Below, one piece after another: positions 45,964 to 54,847 of a stretch of 59,576 nucleotides of DNA. The stretch lies in IMG/VR virus record IMGVR_UViG_3300027852_000007. One strand, 5' to 3'. Below the pieces are notes generated by a model. It worked only from the letters and a program-made list of their open reading frames with translations, searched no databases and had not been told where the DNA came from. Origin of the DNA: a virus. A program made the translations under genes and the position numbers. Numbering within the stretch: the stretch's first letter is position 1; every line of letters starts with the position of its first letter.

Positions 45964-46008
45964 AATTAAAAGTTTATTAATTAAAAGTTTATTAATTAAA
46001 AGTTTACG
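45964..46008. repeat. 15-bp x3 AT-rich tandem repeat (aattaaaagtttatt)
   Basis: Read directly, in the AT-rich gap between the DUF2800 stop and the SSB start. The last unit overlaps the DUF2800 stop. Confidence 0.85.
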
Positions 46009-47224
46009 CAAAGTCTTTAGCAGCACTGGCGTTTAACGCTTCGCCCAAAACGATACCCTCACGCTTATCGCTGTCGGCGACCATGGTGATATTACCTTGT
46101 GGTTTTTCCCATAGCTGTGCAAAAGCGCCGAGCATGGTGGGATCTTTTTCGGCCTTTACGATTTTTTCCAGTTTGGCCAATGAGAGCATTTTGTTTTCAA
46201 AGGTTTTATTTTTATCAAGGTTTGCTTCGACCCATGTCTGAGCCCTTTCGTCGCTTACCCAGCGTCGGTTGGCGGAGCCATAAACCAGTTTGGCACCGGG
46301 TATCTGTTCGCCCTGTTGCAGCAGTGTCATGGCGTGGGCTTTAACACCTTTGACCCAGTTTGTTATGACATCGAGCAAGGGTAGGAGGCTGCCGATCTCA
46401 TCGTGACTCATGTTAAGAGGGTCGCTGCCTGTCAGGGGCTGCTCACCACTTAGCACAGGGTCAATGCTGTCGAACTCTGTGTGCATCAGGCGGATGTTGT
46501 ACTCTGCCAGCGCTTTGCAGGAGCCACGCAGTTTACACCACTGGCATTGCTTCTCGCCGGGTGTGCGTGGAGCATCGGCGGGAAGTGTGGCTTGAGCGGC
46601 TGGCCGCACTACGGTTTCGCCCCACTCCAGCACGTCGGCGATGGGCTGTGTCCAGGTGCCATCGTCACCACTGTGGTGAACCTGTACCCGTGGCGCGTAG
46701 ATATGGATTACCACGGTGGTCAGTTCAGAATAAACCCAACCCAGTTCGTTCCAGGTGCCGAGTGCGTACAGACGGGCTTGTGTGTTGCCTACCGCAGCAA
46801 CGCCGTTGCGCCCGGTCTTGAGGTCGATGACGTGGAGGGTGTCGCCGATAATAACGATGGCGTCGGCGGTGCCGAACTGACCGGGCAGTGTCCAGGGTGA
46901 GAAGTCCACCCGTTGTTCGACAAACAGGGCGCTACCGGGTGTGGCGATACCATAGACGTAGGTCAGATAGCCTTCGACCAGGCTTATCATTTCTTCGTCT
47001 ACAGCGATGTCGGTGATGTCGTCTTCTTCCGCAGCGACGTAGTGCCCATTGTAGGACGCCGTTGTGTTGCCTGTTTCAAGGCATAACTGAGCCAGTTTGT
47101 GTGCAACGGTACCCCAGCGTGCAGCGTGGCCCGCTGTGTCGGGCAGGCCTTCTTCGCCGTTGATGCTACCAGGGCAGTTTAGCCACCGGGCGCTGCCCGA
47201 TGCTGATAGTTTTGCGTGTTCCAT
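46004..47224 (-). CDS. DUF2800 PD-(D/E)xK (Cas4-like) nuclease
   Basis: N-terminus MEHAKLSASGSARWLNCPGS is the DUF2800 signature. A Cys cluster CQWCKLRGSC lies downstream. Occupies the usual DUF2800-DUF2815-polymerase position. Confidence 0.75.
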   Translation of the reverse strand: MEHAKLSASGSARWLNCPGSINGEEGLPDTAGHAARWGTVAHKLAQLCLETGNTTASYNGHYVAAEEDDITDIAVDEEMISLVEGYLTYVYGIATPGSALFVEQRVDFSPWTLPGQFGTADAIVIIGDTLHVIDLKTGRNGVAAVGNTQARLYALGTWNELGWVYSELTTVVIHIYAPRVQVHHSGDDGTWTQPIADVLEWGETVVRPAAQATLPADAPRTPGEKQCQWCKLRGSCKALAEYNIRLMHTEFDSIDPVLSGEQPLTGSDPLNMSHDEIGSLLPLLDVITNWVKGVKAHAMTLLQQGEQIPGAKLVYGSANRRWVSDERAQTWVEANLDKNKTFENKMLSLAKLEKIVKAEKDPTMLGAFAQLWEKPQGNITMVADSDKREGIVLGEALNASAAKDFA

Positions 47225-47263
47225 AACCGATCCCTTCCGCGGGCGTGGGTGGAGGGGTGGCGG

Positions 47264-47815
47264 TTAGATGTCGAGTTCTCGCGTCTTGTAGTTAATCCAT
47301 TCGATGATGGTGGGGTAGTCCCTTGCCTTCAGGTCTTCGGTGGTTTCAGCGCGGTACTCGGTGGTGATCAGGTTTTTCAGCTCCATGCGCATGTCGGGGT
47401 TATCGCGAACGAAGGTGCGCACGGCGTCTTTAAAGGTTTGTTTGCTGATACGCGGGGTGGCGGGCTTTGGCCCCTGTTTACCTTTGGCGGGAGGTCGGGT
47501 TTTGGGTCGTACTGGCTCTGGTTCAGGCTCTGGTTCAGGCTCTGGTTCAGGCTCTGGTTCAGGCTCTGGTTCAGGCTCAGGCTCAGGCTCAGGTTTTGGC
47601 TTGGGTTTTGGCTTGGGTTTTGGCTTGGGTTTTGGCTTGGGTTCTGGTGCCGGTACGATGTCTTCGGCAAGGGTTCTGACCTTTCTGAGTTCGATGTCCC
47701 ACCCCTTAGCAATCAGGCTAAGATCAAGAAAGGTGTCGTTGGGAATGTTGGCGGCGTTGAGTTCGTCGATAAAATTGAGGGCGAGCTGGTATATATCAGT
47801 CATTTTTTCATCCAT
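47264..47815 (-). CDS. hypothetical protein with a central (PK)n(PE)n low-complexity linker
   Basis: 183 aa containing [48 protein letters not shown]. The flanking parts look globular. Confidence 0.6.
47514..47645. repeat. Composite coding microsatellite: ggctctggttca x5, ggctca x3, ggttttggcttg x4
   Basis: Read directly. Open in several frames on both strands, which produces multiple shadow ORFs in the track. Confidence 0.9.
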
Positions 47816-48036
47816 GAATTAATGTTGTTTATTTTTTTACTTTTTATAGTGTTAGCAAACACTTACCGCCAATTCCTTTGACGGGCGGAAAATTATGCCT
47901 TGTGATCGGATCAACAACAAGTGCATTTCGAAAAAAATCCCCTTGTTGTACCAAAAAAAATAAAGCATGGTTTGCTTCCGCCTATGGATGGGCGGCTATT
48001 CTTTACCCTCTCAAGCCCGCAAAAGGATTTGCACCG

Positions 48037-50658
48037 ATGAGTAACCCTTCTACGCCCCCGTCTGCCCCACAAACACAGGATTTCCTTACCCGCGAGGGTG
48101 TCCAGATGCTTAGAGGGGGCTATGACATTGTGCCGATCCGCCCAGGACGGAAGCACCCAGGGATGGATGACTGGCCACAACTGGAGGCGACGGAAGAGGA
48201 TCTTAAACGGTGGAGCCGTAGCGGGTTTGTCGGCGGTGGGGTGGGTGTGAAGGGGGCGTGTTGCCCTGCTGTCGATGTGGATGTGACGGATAAGACGGTG
48301 GTACTGGAGGTGCTGACGCAGGTGGAGGCGACGGTGCTGGGTGACGATGATGCGCCGATGCTGACGCGGGTGGGGCAGGCTCCGAAGTGTCTGGTGCCGT
48401 TCCGCACGGATGCGTCGTTTACGAAGTGTAGTTCGAAGGCGTGGCAGGATATGGCCGGTGATACGCAGCGGCTGGAGATACTGGGCGATGGCCAGCAGTG
48501 GGTGGCGTTCGGTATCCACCCGGTGACACGTAAGCCTTACCGCTGGCGCGGTGGTGCGCGGTGCACGGTGGCGAGTGTGCCTTATGCTCAGTTGCCGGTG
48601 CTGACGGTGAACAAGGCCCAGGCGCTGGTGCGTTGGTTCGACAGGCAGGCGGAGGAGGTGTGGGGCTGGACGAAGCCGGCGGATTGTGAAACCCCCAACA
48701 CGCTACCTGGAGCGACAGGTGAAGGGGGCACACAAAACAGTAAAGCTGGTACGCCACCCGTGGAGTGGGAGGCGGTGTCAGATCTCGACATGGGTGTGAC
48801 GCTGAATCTGATAAAACCCAGTCTATCACACAGTGAGTGGTTAAAGGTAGGCATGGGCTGTTATGCGGCGTGTAAGGGCGACGAGTGGGGCTTTAAGCTG
48901 TGGAACGCATGGAGTGCGCGCTGCCCGGAGAAGTATAACAAGGGGGAGATGCGCAAGCGCTGGCGGTCGTTCGCATCGAACCGTGAGAACCCGGTGTCAT
49001 GGGGCACGGTGCTGCATGTCGCAGGGGTCAGTGCGACGGCGACGGTGAGTGCTGAGCCGGAGGCCGGGGATAACGTGCTGACGATCAGTGATGCGGATCG
49101 ACGCAGGAACCAGCAGAAGCTGAACGCGAGGGATATGGTGAGGCGTGTCGGTGAGTGCGGTGCGGTGGGTGAGCTGATCGACGCGGGGGGATTGTGTGAT
49201 GAGTTGGGTGCGCTGATCCGCGCCAAGGGGCTCAACGCGATGTCGGTACCTATCGTTAGCGATGCGATACGTGAGCAGTACCACAAGCTGTCGGGTTCTC
49301 GCTTGCCAGTGGCGGTGTTGCGCGATGCGATTACCCCTAAGCCAGGGCGGGGTGAGGATGAGCAGTATGAGGATGATGTTAAGCCGTGGCTGGATGCGCC
49401 TGACTGGTGCAAGCCGTGGATAATGTTGCACGACAGCATGGTGAATGTGAAGAGTCGGGAGCGTATGTCGCCAGGGGCGTTTAATGTCGCTCAGGGCTTC
49501 CGGGTGCCTGATCCGTCGGGTACGGGCAATAAGCAATCGGCGATGAAGTATGTTGCCAATGGGGGTTACATTCAGGTGGTGTCTGGTGAGGCGTATTTAC
49601 CCTGGTGTGAGGACAGGCTGACGGTACTCGATGGCATGTCTGTGCTGAACACGTACTGGCATGAGGGTGTGCCGGCGGCTAAACCGTGGGATGAGACGGA
49701 CACGGATGCGGCGGATGATATTGCGTTTGTGAAGCAACATTTCGTGCAGATGCTGGGCGAGGATGAAGCTAAGATTATGCTGTCGTGGATGGCGTGGCAG
49801 GTGCAGCGACCCGGTGAGCTGCTGAAGTGGGCACCGATCCTGTGCGGGGAGCAGGGCGTGGGTAAGTCGTATATCGAGGTGCTGATGACGGCGGTGATGG
49901 GCATCGGCAATGTGGGTGTGGTTACTTCCCGCGATGTGACGAGCACGTACACGGGGTGGTCAACCGGACGGGCCGTGAATGTAATACAGGAACTGCGAGT
50001 GTTGGGACATAACCGTTATGAGGCGATGGAGGCCTTGAAGTCGGTGATTACTGACCCGGCGGTGGTGGTGCGGCGGATGCGGGAGAATTCGTTTGTGACG
50101 CGCAATACCTGCAACTATATCGGCATGACTAACCACTTCGATACGCTGCCGATACCACGGGACGACCGGCGGTGGTGGGCGCTGCGGGCACAACGACCGT
50201 CGGCTGCGATGGGTGAGGCTGCCCCGGCGTATTATGATCGACTCTTTTCTATCATCGACAAGCGCACGGGTGAGCTGCGCCACTGGTTAGCTGAGCACGA
50301 TATACCAGCGGCGTTTGTGCAGCAGAAGACGGCGCCTTACTCTGAGCTGAAGGGGCAGATGATAGCGACGGAGGTGGCCAGCCATTACGGGATGGATGAG
50401 GCTATGGTGCTGCTGGCAGAGGGCGGCGAGGGTTACTGCACGGCGGCGTTCGATGCGCTGCGTTTGCGCATGGCTTTGAATGAAGCATTGGGTGAGGTTA
50501 ATGCGCTTACAGCCAGGGAGTGCACGACGCTGTTCAAGAAGCTGGGCTATATGCGTCATGCTAAGTCGGTGCGGGTGGACGGCATGGTGTGCAAGGTGTG
50601 GACGAAGGGTGTTATGTCGAACGCGGAGGTTAGGGCTTGTTTGCAGAGTGAGGATTAG
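48037..50658 (+). CDS. bifunctional primase-polymerase / PriCT-2 / SF3 (VirE/D5-type) helicase
   Basis: N-terminal prim-pol pattern GYDIVPIRPGRKHPGMDDWPQ...AVDVDV. PriCT-2-like SHSEWLKVGMGCYAACKGDEWGFKLWNAWSARCPEKYNKGEMRKRWRSF. Walker A CGEQGVGKS. I use ATG 48037 (AAAGGA upstream) rather than the track start at 47878. Confidence 0.85.
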   Translation: MSNPSTPPSAPQTQDFLTREGVQMLRGGYDIVPIRPGRKHPGMDDWPQLEATEEDLKRWSRSGFVGGGVGVKGACCPAVDVDVTDKTVVLEVLTQVEATVLGDDDAPMLTRVGQAPKCLVPFRTDASFTKCSSKAWQDMAGDTQRLEILGDGQQWVAFGIHPVTRKPYRWRGGARCTVASVPYAQLPVLTVNKAQALVRWFDRQAEEVWGWTKPADCETPNTLPGATGEGGTQNSKAGTPPVEWEAVSDLDMGVTLNLIKPSLSHSEWLKVGMGCYAACKGDEWGFKLWNAWSARCPEKYNKGEMRKRWRSFASNRENPVSWGTVLHVAGVSATATVSAEPEAGDNVLTISDADRRRNQQKLNARDMVRRVGECGAVGELIDAGGLCDELGALIRAKGLNAMSVPIVSDAIREQYHKLSGSRLPVAVLRDAITPKPGRGEDEQYEDDVKPWLDAPDWCKPWIMLHDSMVNVKSRERMSPGAFNVAQGFRVPDPSGTGNKQSAMKYVANGGYIQVVSGEAYLPWCEDRLTVLDGMSVLNTYWHEGVPAAKPWDETDTDAADDIAFVKQHFVQMLGEDEAKIMLSWMAWQVQRPGELLKWAPILCGEQGVGKSYIEVLMTAVMGIGNVGVVTSRDVTSTYTGWSTGRAVNVIQELRVLGHNRYEAMEALKSVITDPAVVVRRMRENSFVTRNTCNYIGMTNHFDTLPIPRDDRRWWALRAQRPSAAMGEAAPAYYDRLFSIIDKRTGELRHWLAEHDIPAAFVQQKTAPYSELKGQMIATEVASHYGMDEAMVLLAEGGEGYCTAAFDALRLRMALNEALGEVNALTARECTTLFKKLGYMRHAKSVRVDGMVCKVWTKGVMSNAEVRACLQSED

Positions 50659-51092
50659 GTGAACAGATCAGGGTTCGCACGCACGAAGGCGGCGCGTTTT
50701 TCCATGACGATTGCCAGGGCTTCTTCGAGTGTACGATTATCGCCATATTTGGCGTTGTGTGTTTTCCGCTTCCCGTTGTTGAGGTTGATGGTGCTACGCA
50801 CGAAGCGGTATGTGCGCGTGGTGCCGTCCTTGTTGGTGCGGGTATCGACACAGGGGCAGACGCCAACGGGAAAGCCCTGCACTGCATTTGCTGATTTTTG
50901 CAGCTTGTGTGCACCGGGTAGCAGGACGGCTTGACGCAGGCTTAGCATCGCATCGCGCCACGCTTGCGCAGCACTGAGCGTGTGGAAATATTGTTGTAGT
51001 TCTTCGCCTGTTTCTGGGTCGGCAACGGCAACGCGGAAATTGGTGTCGCTGTATTGACGAATGTTGTGTTCATTTTGTAAGCCGTTTAACAT
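50655..51092 (-). CDS. AP2-like DNA-binding protein (paralog of 37892-38338)
   Basis: NFRVAVADPETGEELQQYFHTLSAAQAWRDAM follows the AP2 pattern. A second half has a conserved C-terminal helix shared with the paralog. Confidence 0.5.
   Translation of the reverse strand: MLNGLQNEHNIRQYSDTNFRVAVADPETGEELQQYFHTLSAAQAWRDAMLSLRQAVLLPGAHKLQKSANAVQGFPVGVCPCVDTRTNKDGTTRTYRFVRSTINLNNGKRKTHNAKYGDNRTLEEALAIVMEKRAAFVRANPDLFT
51033..51074. repeat. 42-bp direct repeat, copy A (inside the 5' end of the AP2-like gene)
   Basis: gcggaaattggtgtcgctgtattgacgaatgttgtgttcatt matches 51556-51597 at 40/42 positions. Confidence 0.9.
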
Positions 51093-51247
51093 ATGACCTT
51101 TCGCATTCGTTTAAGTTCTTCGCGGATCATTGGTTTCAGTTTAAGTTCTTCTTGGCCTGTAACATAAATTCCGCGCATCTCTTTTTGCCCTAGTTCATCT
51201 CTTCGCTGCCTTAATTCTTTCTGCCTGTCGGCACCTGACTTAGCCAT
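51086..51247 (-). CDS. small basic protein (53 aa, below the track cutoff), possible Arc/RHH-like DNA binder
   Basis: The ATG shares its A with the upstream TGA (TGATG). My translation is MAKSGADRQKELRQRRDELGQKEMRGIYVTGQEELKLKPMIREELKRMRKVIC. The stop overlaps the AP2-like start. Confidence 0.4.
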   Translation of the reverse strand: MAKSGADRQKELRQRRDELGQKEMRGIYVTGQEELKLKPMIREELKRMRKVIC

Positions 51248-51549
51248 CAATCCCACCATTCACAATCATGGTTGCAGCGCTCTATACCTTCTTGCATTCT
51301 TTCTAGTGCTGACTTCCATAAACTTCTGGTATCAAACCCATTATATTGGCTTTCAACTAATTCATGCACACCCTCATCCCAATGATGATTTTTAGGGGCC
51401 ATAACCAGCACCTCAAATGAGGTGTAAGTTTTATTTATTTCAACCTCTGCTCCTAATGCTTTGGCTAGTTCTAAAACCTCTTGCTTTGCTGTGATAACTA
51501 TCACCTGTTCTGTTAATGTAAATACATTATAACGCGTTACGCGTAACAA
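51247..51549 (-). CDS. hypothetical protein in the repeat-flanked insert (start uncertain)
   Basis: 100-aa ORF in AT-rich sequence. The track's TTG start lies upstream of the predicted promoter, so a downstream start such as GTG 51504 is more likely. Confidence 0.45.
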   Translation of the reverse strand: MLRVTRYNVFTLTEQVIVITAKQEVLELAKALGAEVEINKTYTSFEVLVMAPKNHHWDEGVHELVESQYNGFDTRSLWKSALERMQEGIERCNHDCEWWD

Positions 51550-51554
51550 GTCAA
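51526..51554 (-). promoter_or_regulatory. Near-consensus sigma70-type promoter with a palindromic operator in the spacer
   Basis: The minus strand reads TTGACT-tgttacgcgtaacgcgt-TATAAT (17-nt spacer). The spacer contains the perfect palindrome GTTACGCGTAAC (51536-51547). Confidence 0.6.
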
Positions 51555-51555
51555 G

Positions 51556-51597
51556 GCGGAAATTGGTGTCGCTGTATCGGCGAATGTTGTGTTCATT
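51556..51597. repeat. 42-bp direct repeat, copy B (orphan fragment of the AP2-like 5' coding region)
   Basis: On the minus strand it encodes NEHNIRRYSDTNFR, which corresponds to codons 7-20 of the AP2-like gene, but has no start codon. Confidence 0.9.
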
Positions 51598-51790
51598 GTT
51601 CTGCCATCGACGCGAGAAGCATCATCATTTGCCCTTCGTCAGCAATGACCATTTCATCTTCACCATTGGGTGACTCATCGATTTTCTTTTGTATGAAGGC
51701 TTCGGCCTTATCGCCAAACACTGCGCTCAGTTTTTTGTAGGTGCCAAGCGTGGACGGATCGCCAGTTGATAGTAGTTTCAAGGGTGTCAT
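51593..51790 (-). CDS. hypothetical early protein
   Basis: 65 aa with ATGA overlap to the upstream gene. Confidence 0.5.
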   Translation of the reverse strand: MTPLKLLSTGDPSTLGTYKKLSAVFGDKAEAFIQKKIDESPNGEDEMVIADEGQMMMLLASMAEQ

Positions 51791-52233
51791 CCTTTTTTTG
51801 TGAAGTTCACGGGTTCGGTGAGGGTGCGACTGGCTGTCCAGCCCTTTTGATAATAGCGGGTGCGGATGACAGTTTCAGCAATGCCTGATTTTTCTGCCCA
51901 CTGCTTACAGGTCAGGGTTTCACCCTTGAACCGAATCGTTTTTAGCGGCGGTGATGCAACGTACGGTGTTTCGAGAGCACGCTTAACTGGCCAATTCTTT
52001 TCCAGGCGCGACAAAATGACTTTGTAAGGAATGCCGGTAATCTCTACCCACTCTGTCACGGTTTTTTTCTTGCGCTGGTAGGTGAGCTTTTTCATGCCGC
52101 CGCGCTCACGCATTGCGGTTTCAAGAATCTTGACTAACTCCAGGGCGCTGTCGCTGCAATCCGCGACCTTGCGCCATTGCCTGATCAACTTGAGTTCGTG
52201 CTTGAAGAGCTGCTTTTCTTTTGTTGCAGGCAT
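51787..52233 (-). CDS. DNA-binding protein with two tandem HTH-like repeats
   Basis: TVTEWVEITGIPYKVILSRLEKNWPVKRAL and LTCKQWAEKSGIAETVIRTRYYQKGWTASRTL are two copies of one HTH-like unit. Confidence 0.55.
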   Translation of the reverse strand: MPATKEKQLFKHELKLIRQWRKVADCSDSALELVKILETAMRERGGMKKLTYQRKKKTVTEWVEITGIPYKVILSRLEKNWPVKRALETPYVASPPLKTIRFKGETLTCKQWAEKSGIAETVIRTRYYQKGWTASRTLTEPVNFTKKG

Positions 52234-52235
52234 AG

Positions 52236-52580
52236 CTACGCCGCTGTGGTACCCGCAGGAAAAAGCCGATTAAATTCCTCAATGATCTGACAGGTGTCTT
52301 CGAACGATACGCGCCGCCATTCCATGTGGTTGCCATCGGTCACGGTGGGCCGACCTACGAGCTTTTTAATGGGCCGCCCCATATCTGCCGACAGTTCGCC
52401 AGTCGCTGAAACGGTGAAGGTTCCCGTGCTCACAGCAATGGACAGCCAGAGGCTTGAGGTGCTCCTGCCAGGCTTGTGCAGCCGGTACCGGATGGGAGTT
52501 TCGGGATAGTCGTTCCACTCGGCAGTTGTGCTGCTGAGGATATTTTCGATACGGGCTTTGTGCCAGGCTAAAGGTTGCAT
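52236..52580 (-). CDS. hypothetical early protein
   Basis: 114 aa, tightly packed in the leftward operon. Confidence 0.5.
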   Translation of the reverse strand: MQPLAWHKARIENILSSTTAEWNDYPETPIRYRLHKPGRSTSSLWLSIAVSTGTFTVSATGELSADMGRPIKKLVGRPTVTDGNHMEWRRVSFEDTCQIIEEFNRLFPAGTTAA

Positions 52581-52593
52581 GTGTTGGGCCTAT

Positions 52594-52881
52594 CTATTGG
52601 GTTTTGAGGTCAAACTTTATCAGCCACTGTCCTTCAGTCAAGCCGACTAAAGAACCACCATCGGCTGGTGAAGTTTGAATGTAGTGGTCGCTGGTTTTGA
52701 AACACTGATCATATGATAACGAGAATATAAAGCCTGATTGATATTCCAATAAAGCACACTCTTCTTCGGTCAGCATGTTTGCATTAATCAGCGTGATGAT
52801 TGTGTTGTCATCGCTGTGGACAACCGAGCCTGTCAGCATGATGCTTTTTTTTTCATCGTTGGTAATTAGTTGTAAACTCAT
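52594..52881 (-). CDS. hypothetical early protein
   Basis: I use the internal ATG 52881 (AAGGAA upstream, 1 nt after the upstream stop) rather than the track start at 52938. Confidence 0.5.
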   Translation of the reverse strand: MSLQLITNDEKKSIMLTGSVVHSDDNTIITLINANMLTEEECALLEYQSGFIFSLSYDQCFKTSDHYIQTSPADGGSLVGLTEGQWLIKFDLKTQ

Positions 52882-52882
52882 T

Positions 52883-53407
52883 TCAATGATTCCTTTGGTT
52901 AGTCCACTGCTGCGCCCAGGTCGTGTAACCGCCTGCATCGGTCACGCTCTTGAAACCGGGCAGCGGATCTTTAGCCCAGAATTGGCGCGTAGCCATGGCG
53001 AGGGTGAAGAGGTGGCAAGTGGACGCGCTGATAGCGTCGAGGGTTTGCAGCATAGAGAGCCTGTCAATACTCCACGTTTCCAGCTCTGCACAGCCTGTGC
53101 TGATTTCACCACGCAGGCCAAACACCATGGATTCGAAGGCACTGGCGATGTTGACGCTATCCGGCGTTTTGAATTCGGTCATTTGCGCCCCACCGTTGAG
53201 TATGTCGCAGCAAAATAGCAACTCGTTCGGCAACATATCTAGCTTGTTGTTCTGACAAACCAGCACGCAAAACTGAATAGCGAGGTTGGCAGAGGAGGAC
53301 AGGGTGAGGTCGATGTCTTCACCATGCTGGCCCCCGATGACGCCCAGGGTGTTGAGCGTTTCGGGAGCCAGGTAGAGTGAGAGTTTGCGGGGTTTTGGAT
53401 TAGTCAT
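52883..53407 (-). CDS. hypothetical early protein
   Basis: 174 aa. No motif recognised. Confidence 0.55.
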   Translation of the reverse strand: MTNPKPRKLSLYLAPETLNTLGVIGGQHGEDIDLTLSSSANLAIQFCVLVCQNNKLDMLPNELLFCCDILNGGAQMTEFKTPDSVNIASAFESMVFGLRGEISTGCAELETWSIDRLSMLQTLDAISASTCHLFTLAMATRQFWAKDPLPGFKSVTDAGGYTTWAQQWTNQRNH

Positions 53408-53413
53408 TCGGGG

Positions 53414-54391
53414 TTAGCTCCAGGTGGTGGTGTAGTTGTAGGCGTTGGCCAATACTTTCAGCTCTGCCAGATAAGGCGTGGCTCTACCGGGGTGATCGCG
53501 CACGATGGTTTCTAGTTCTTGTGGTGTCAGCTCTGCCTTGATGCTGATACCGAAACTGTCGCAAAACGCGGCGATGCCAGGCTTGCAAAACCCTAGCTTG
53601 CGACACTCTGCCCAGTCGATGAGCTGGCCAGTCAGCTTGAGATGCTGTTTACGCATCTTGTTATGCAGCTCATGCAGCAGTGAGTGCTTATCTGTGCTGT
53701 GGTACGTGGTACCCATGGGGGCCGTTATCACGTAGTCAATATGTGTGCCTAGCAGGGTGCGGGAGTAAATAGAGTAGCCCCGGCGCGTGCTGATCAGCTT
53801 AGCGTCGTAGGCGCTCTTGAGTCGTATGCTCAGAGGTAATTTCGACTTAACAGGCTTGATGATGCCAGCTTCGAGCGCCGCTGCGTACACGTAGTCACCA
53901 CGCCAGCCCGGTATCTGCTGATTAATGATTTTCGGTTTGCCGCGAAACATGCGGGCAAAGCGTACATAGCGTGTGGTTGTGATTTTCGGCCCGTATCTAT
54001 TGTGCCAGCCTTTTGAATAGACGCCCCACTGTTTTTCTTCATGCTCCACAGTGCAGTAGAACCACGGGCCTAGCCGTTTGAATGATGTTGAGTGGCTGGG
54101 CAGGCCTAACATGCTGCGGGGGCTGCCATCGCGCTGATCGTTTTCACTATGCGCAGCTTCGAGGCAACGCATCATGTAGTGATATTTGCGCTCCCACGCT
54201 GCCGGATAGTAGCGGAAAGGGGAGTTTTGACTGTTAATGTTGCCGATGACTTGCCGGTGGTAGGACTGCTTGCGACGCTGTAGCGCCTCCTGTAGTTCGC
54301 GCACGGCGACAACACCAGGGCGACCACTTGCGTCAAATTCGAGACGTTCTTTAATTGAGGTTAGTGCTTGGTATTCTGTTAGTGCTGACAT
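53414..54391 (-). CDS. hypothetical early protein
   Basis: 325 aa, preceded by the conserved GGAGCACTAGATATG initiation motif. No family recognised. Confidence 0.6.
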   Translation of the reverse strand: MSALTEYQALTSIKERLEFDASGRPGVVAVRELQEALQRRKQSYHRQVIGNINSQNSPFRYYPAAWERKYHYMMRCLEAAHSENDQRDGSPRSMLGLPSHSTSFKRLGPWFYCTVEHEEKQWGVYSKGWHNRYGPKITTTRYVRFARMFRGKPKIINQQIPGWRGDYVYAAALEAGIIKPVKSKLPLSIRLKSAYDAKLISTRRGYSIYSRTLLGTHIDYVITAPMGTTYHSTDKHSLLHELHNKMRKQHLKLTGQLIDWAECRKLGFCKPGIAAFCDSFGISIKAELTPQELETIVRDHPGRATPYLAELKVLANAYNYTTTWS

Positions 54392-54592
54392 ATCTAGTGC
54401 TCCGTGCGTCGTGCCGTCTGGCCGCGCTTGTGTGAGTGTGTTGTGCTGGCATTGCGCCAGGGTTTTTACTCTATCTAATTTCGCTCATTGGTTCAAGCGG
54501 GCAGCGATGACCGCTCATCGCCGCCTGCTCTGCTGCACAATATTATGGCCCTCCGATGGCTTTTAACGCTGCCTGCTTTTTTGATTCGTTCA

Positions 54593-54814
54593 TTATCTAG
54601 TGCTCCCAATCCCGACGCCGTAACGCTGCATCAGTGCGCTTGCCGCGCTGCGCATCGGTTCCACCATGTATTCGAGCAAATGCTCAGCATGTGTTGATGT
54701 CACCTCGTTGTAGATTGTTTCACGGTCAGTACCGTAGTGATCAGCTATTGAACCCAGGATCTCGCCTTTAGTTTTTGCATCCAATATATCTAAAAATGCT
54801 TTGTTGGTGTTCAT
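54593..54814 (-). CDS. hypothetical early protein
   Basis: 73 aa, preceded by TGGAGCACTAGATATG. Confidence 0.55.
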   Translation of the reverse strand: MNTNKAFLDILDAKTKGEILGSIADHYGTDRETIYNEVTSTHAEHLLEYMVEPMRSAASALMQRYGVGIGSTR

Positions 54815-54847
54815 ATCTAGTGCTCCAGGTGGTGGTGTTGGTGGCGA

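Noticed and set aside
47216-47881. Several + strand ORFs (221, 160, 70 aa) and a 111-aa minus ORF across the PEPK microsatellite
   Set aside because: The hexamer and dodecamer repeats are open in almost every frame. Only the 183-aa minus frame has globular-looking flanks and operon context.
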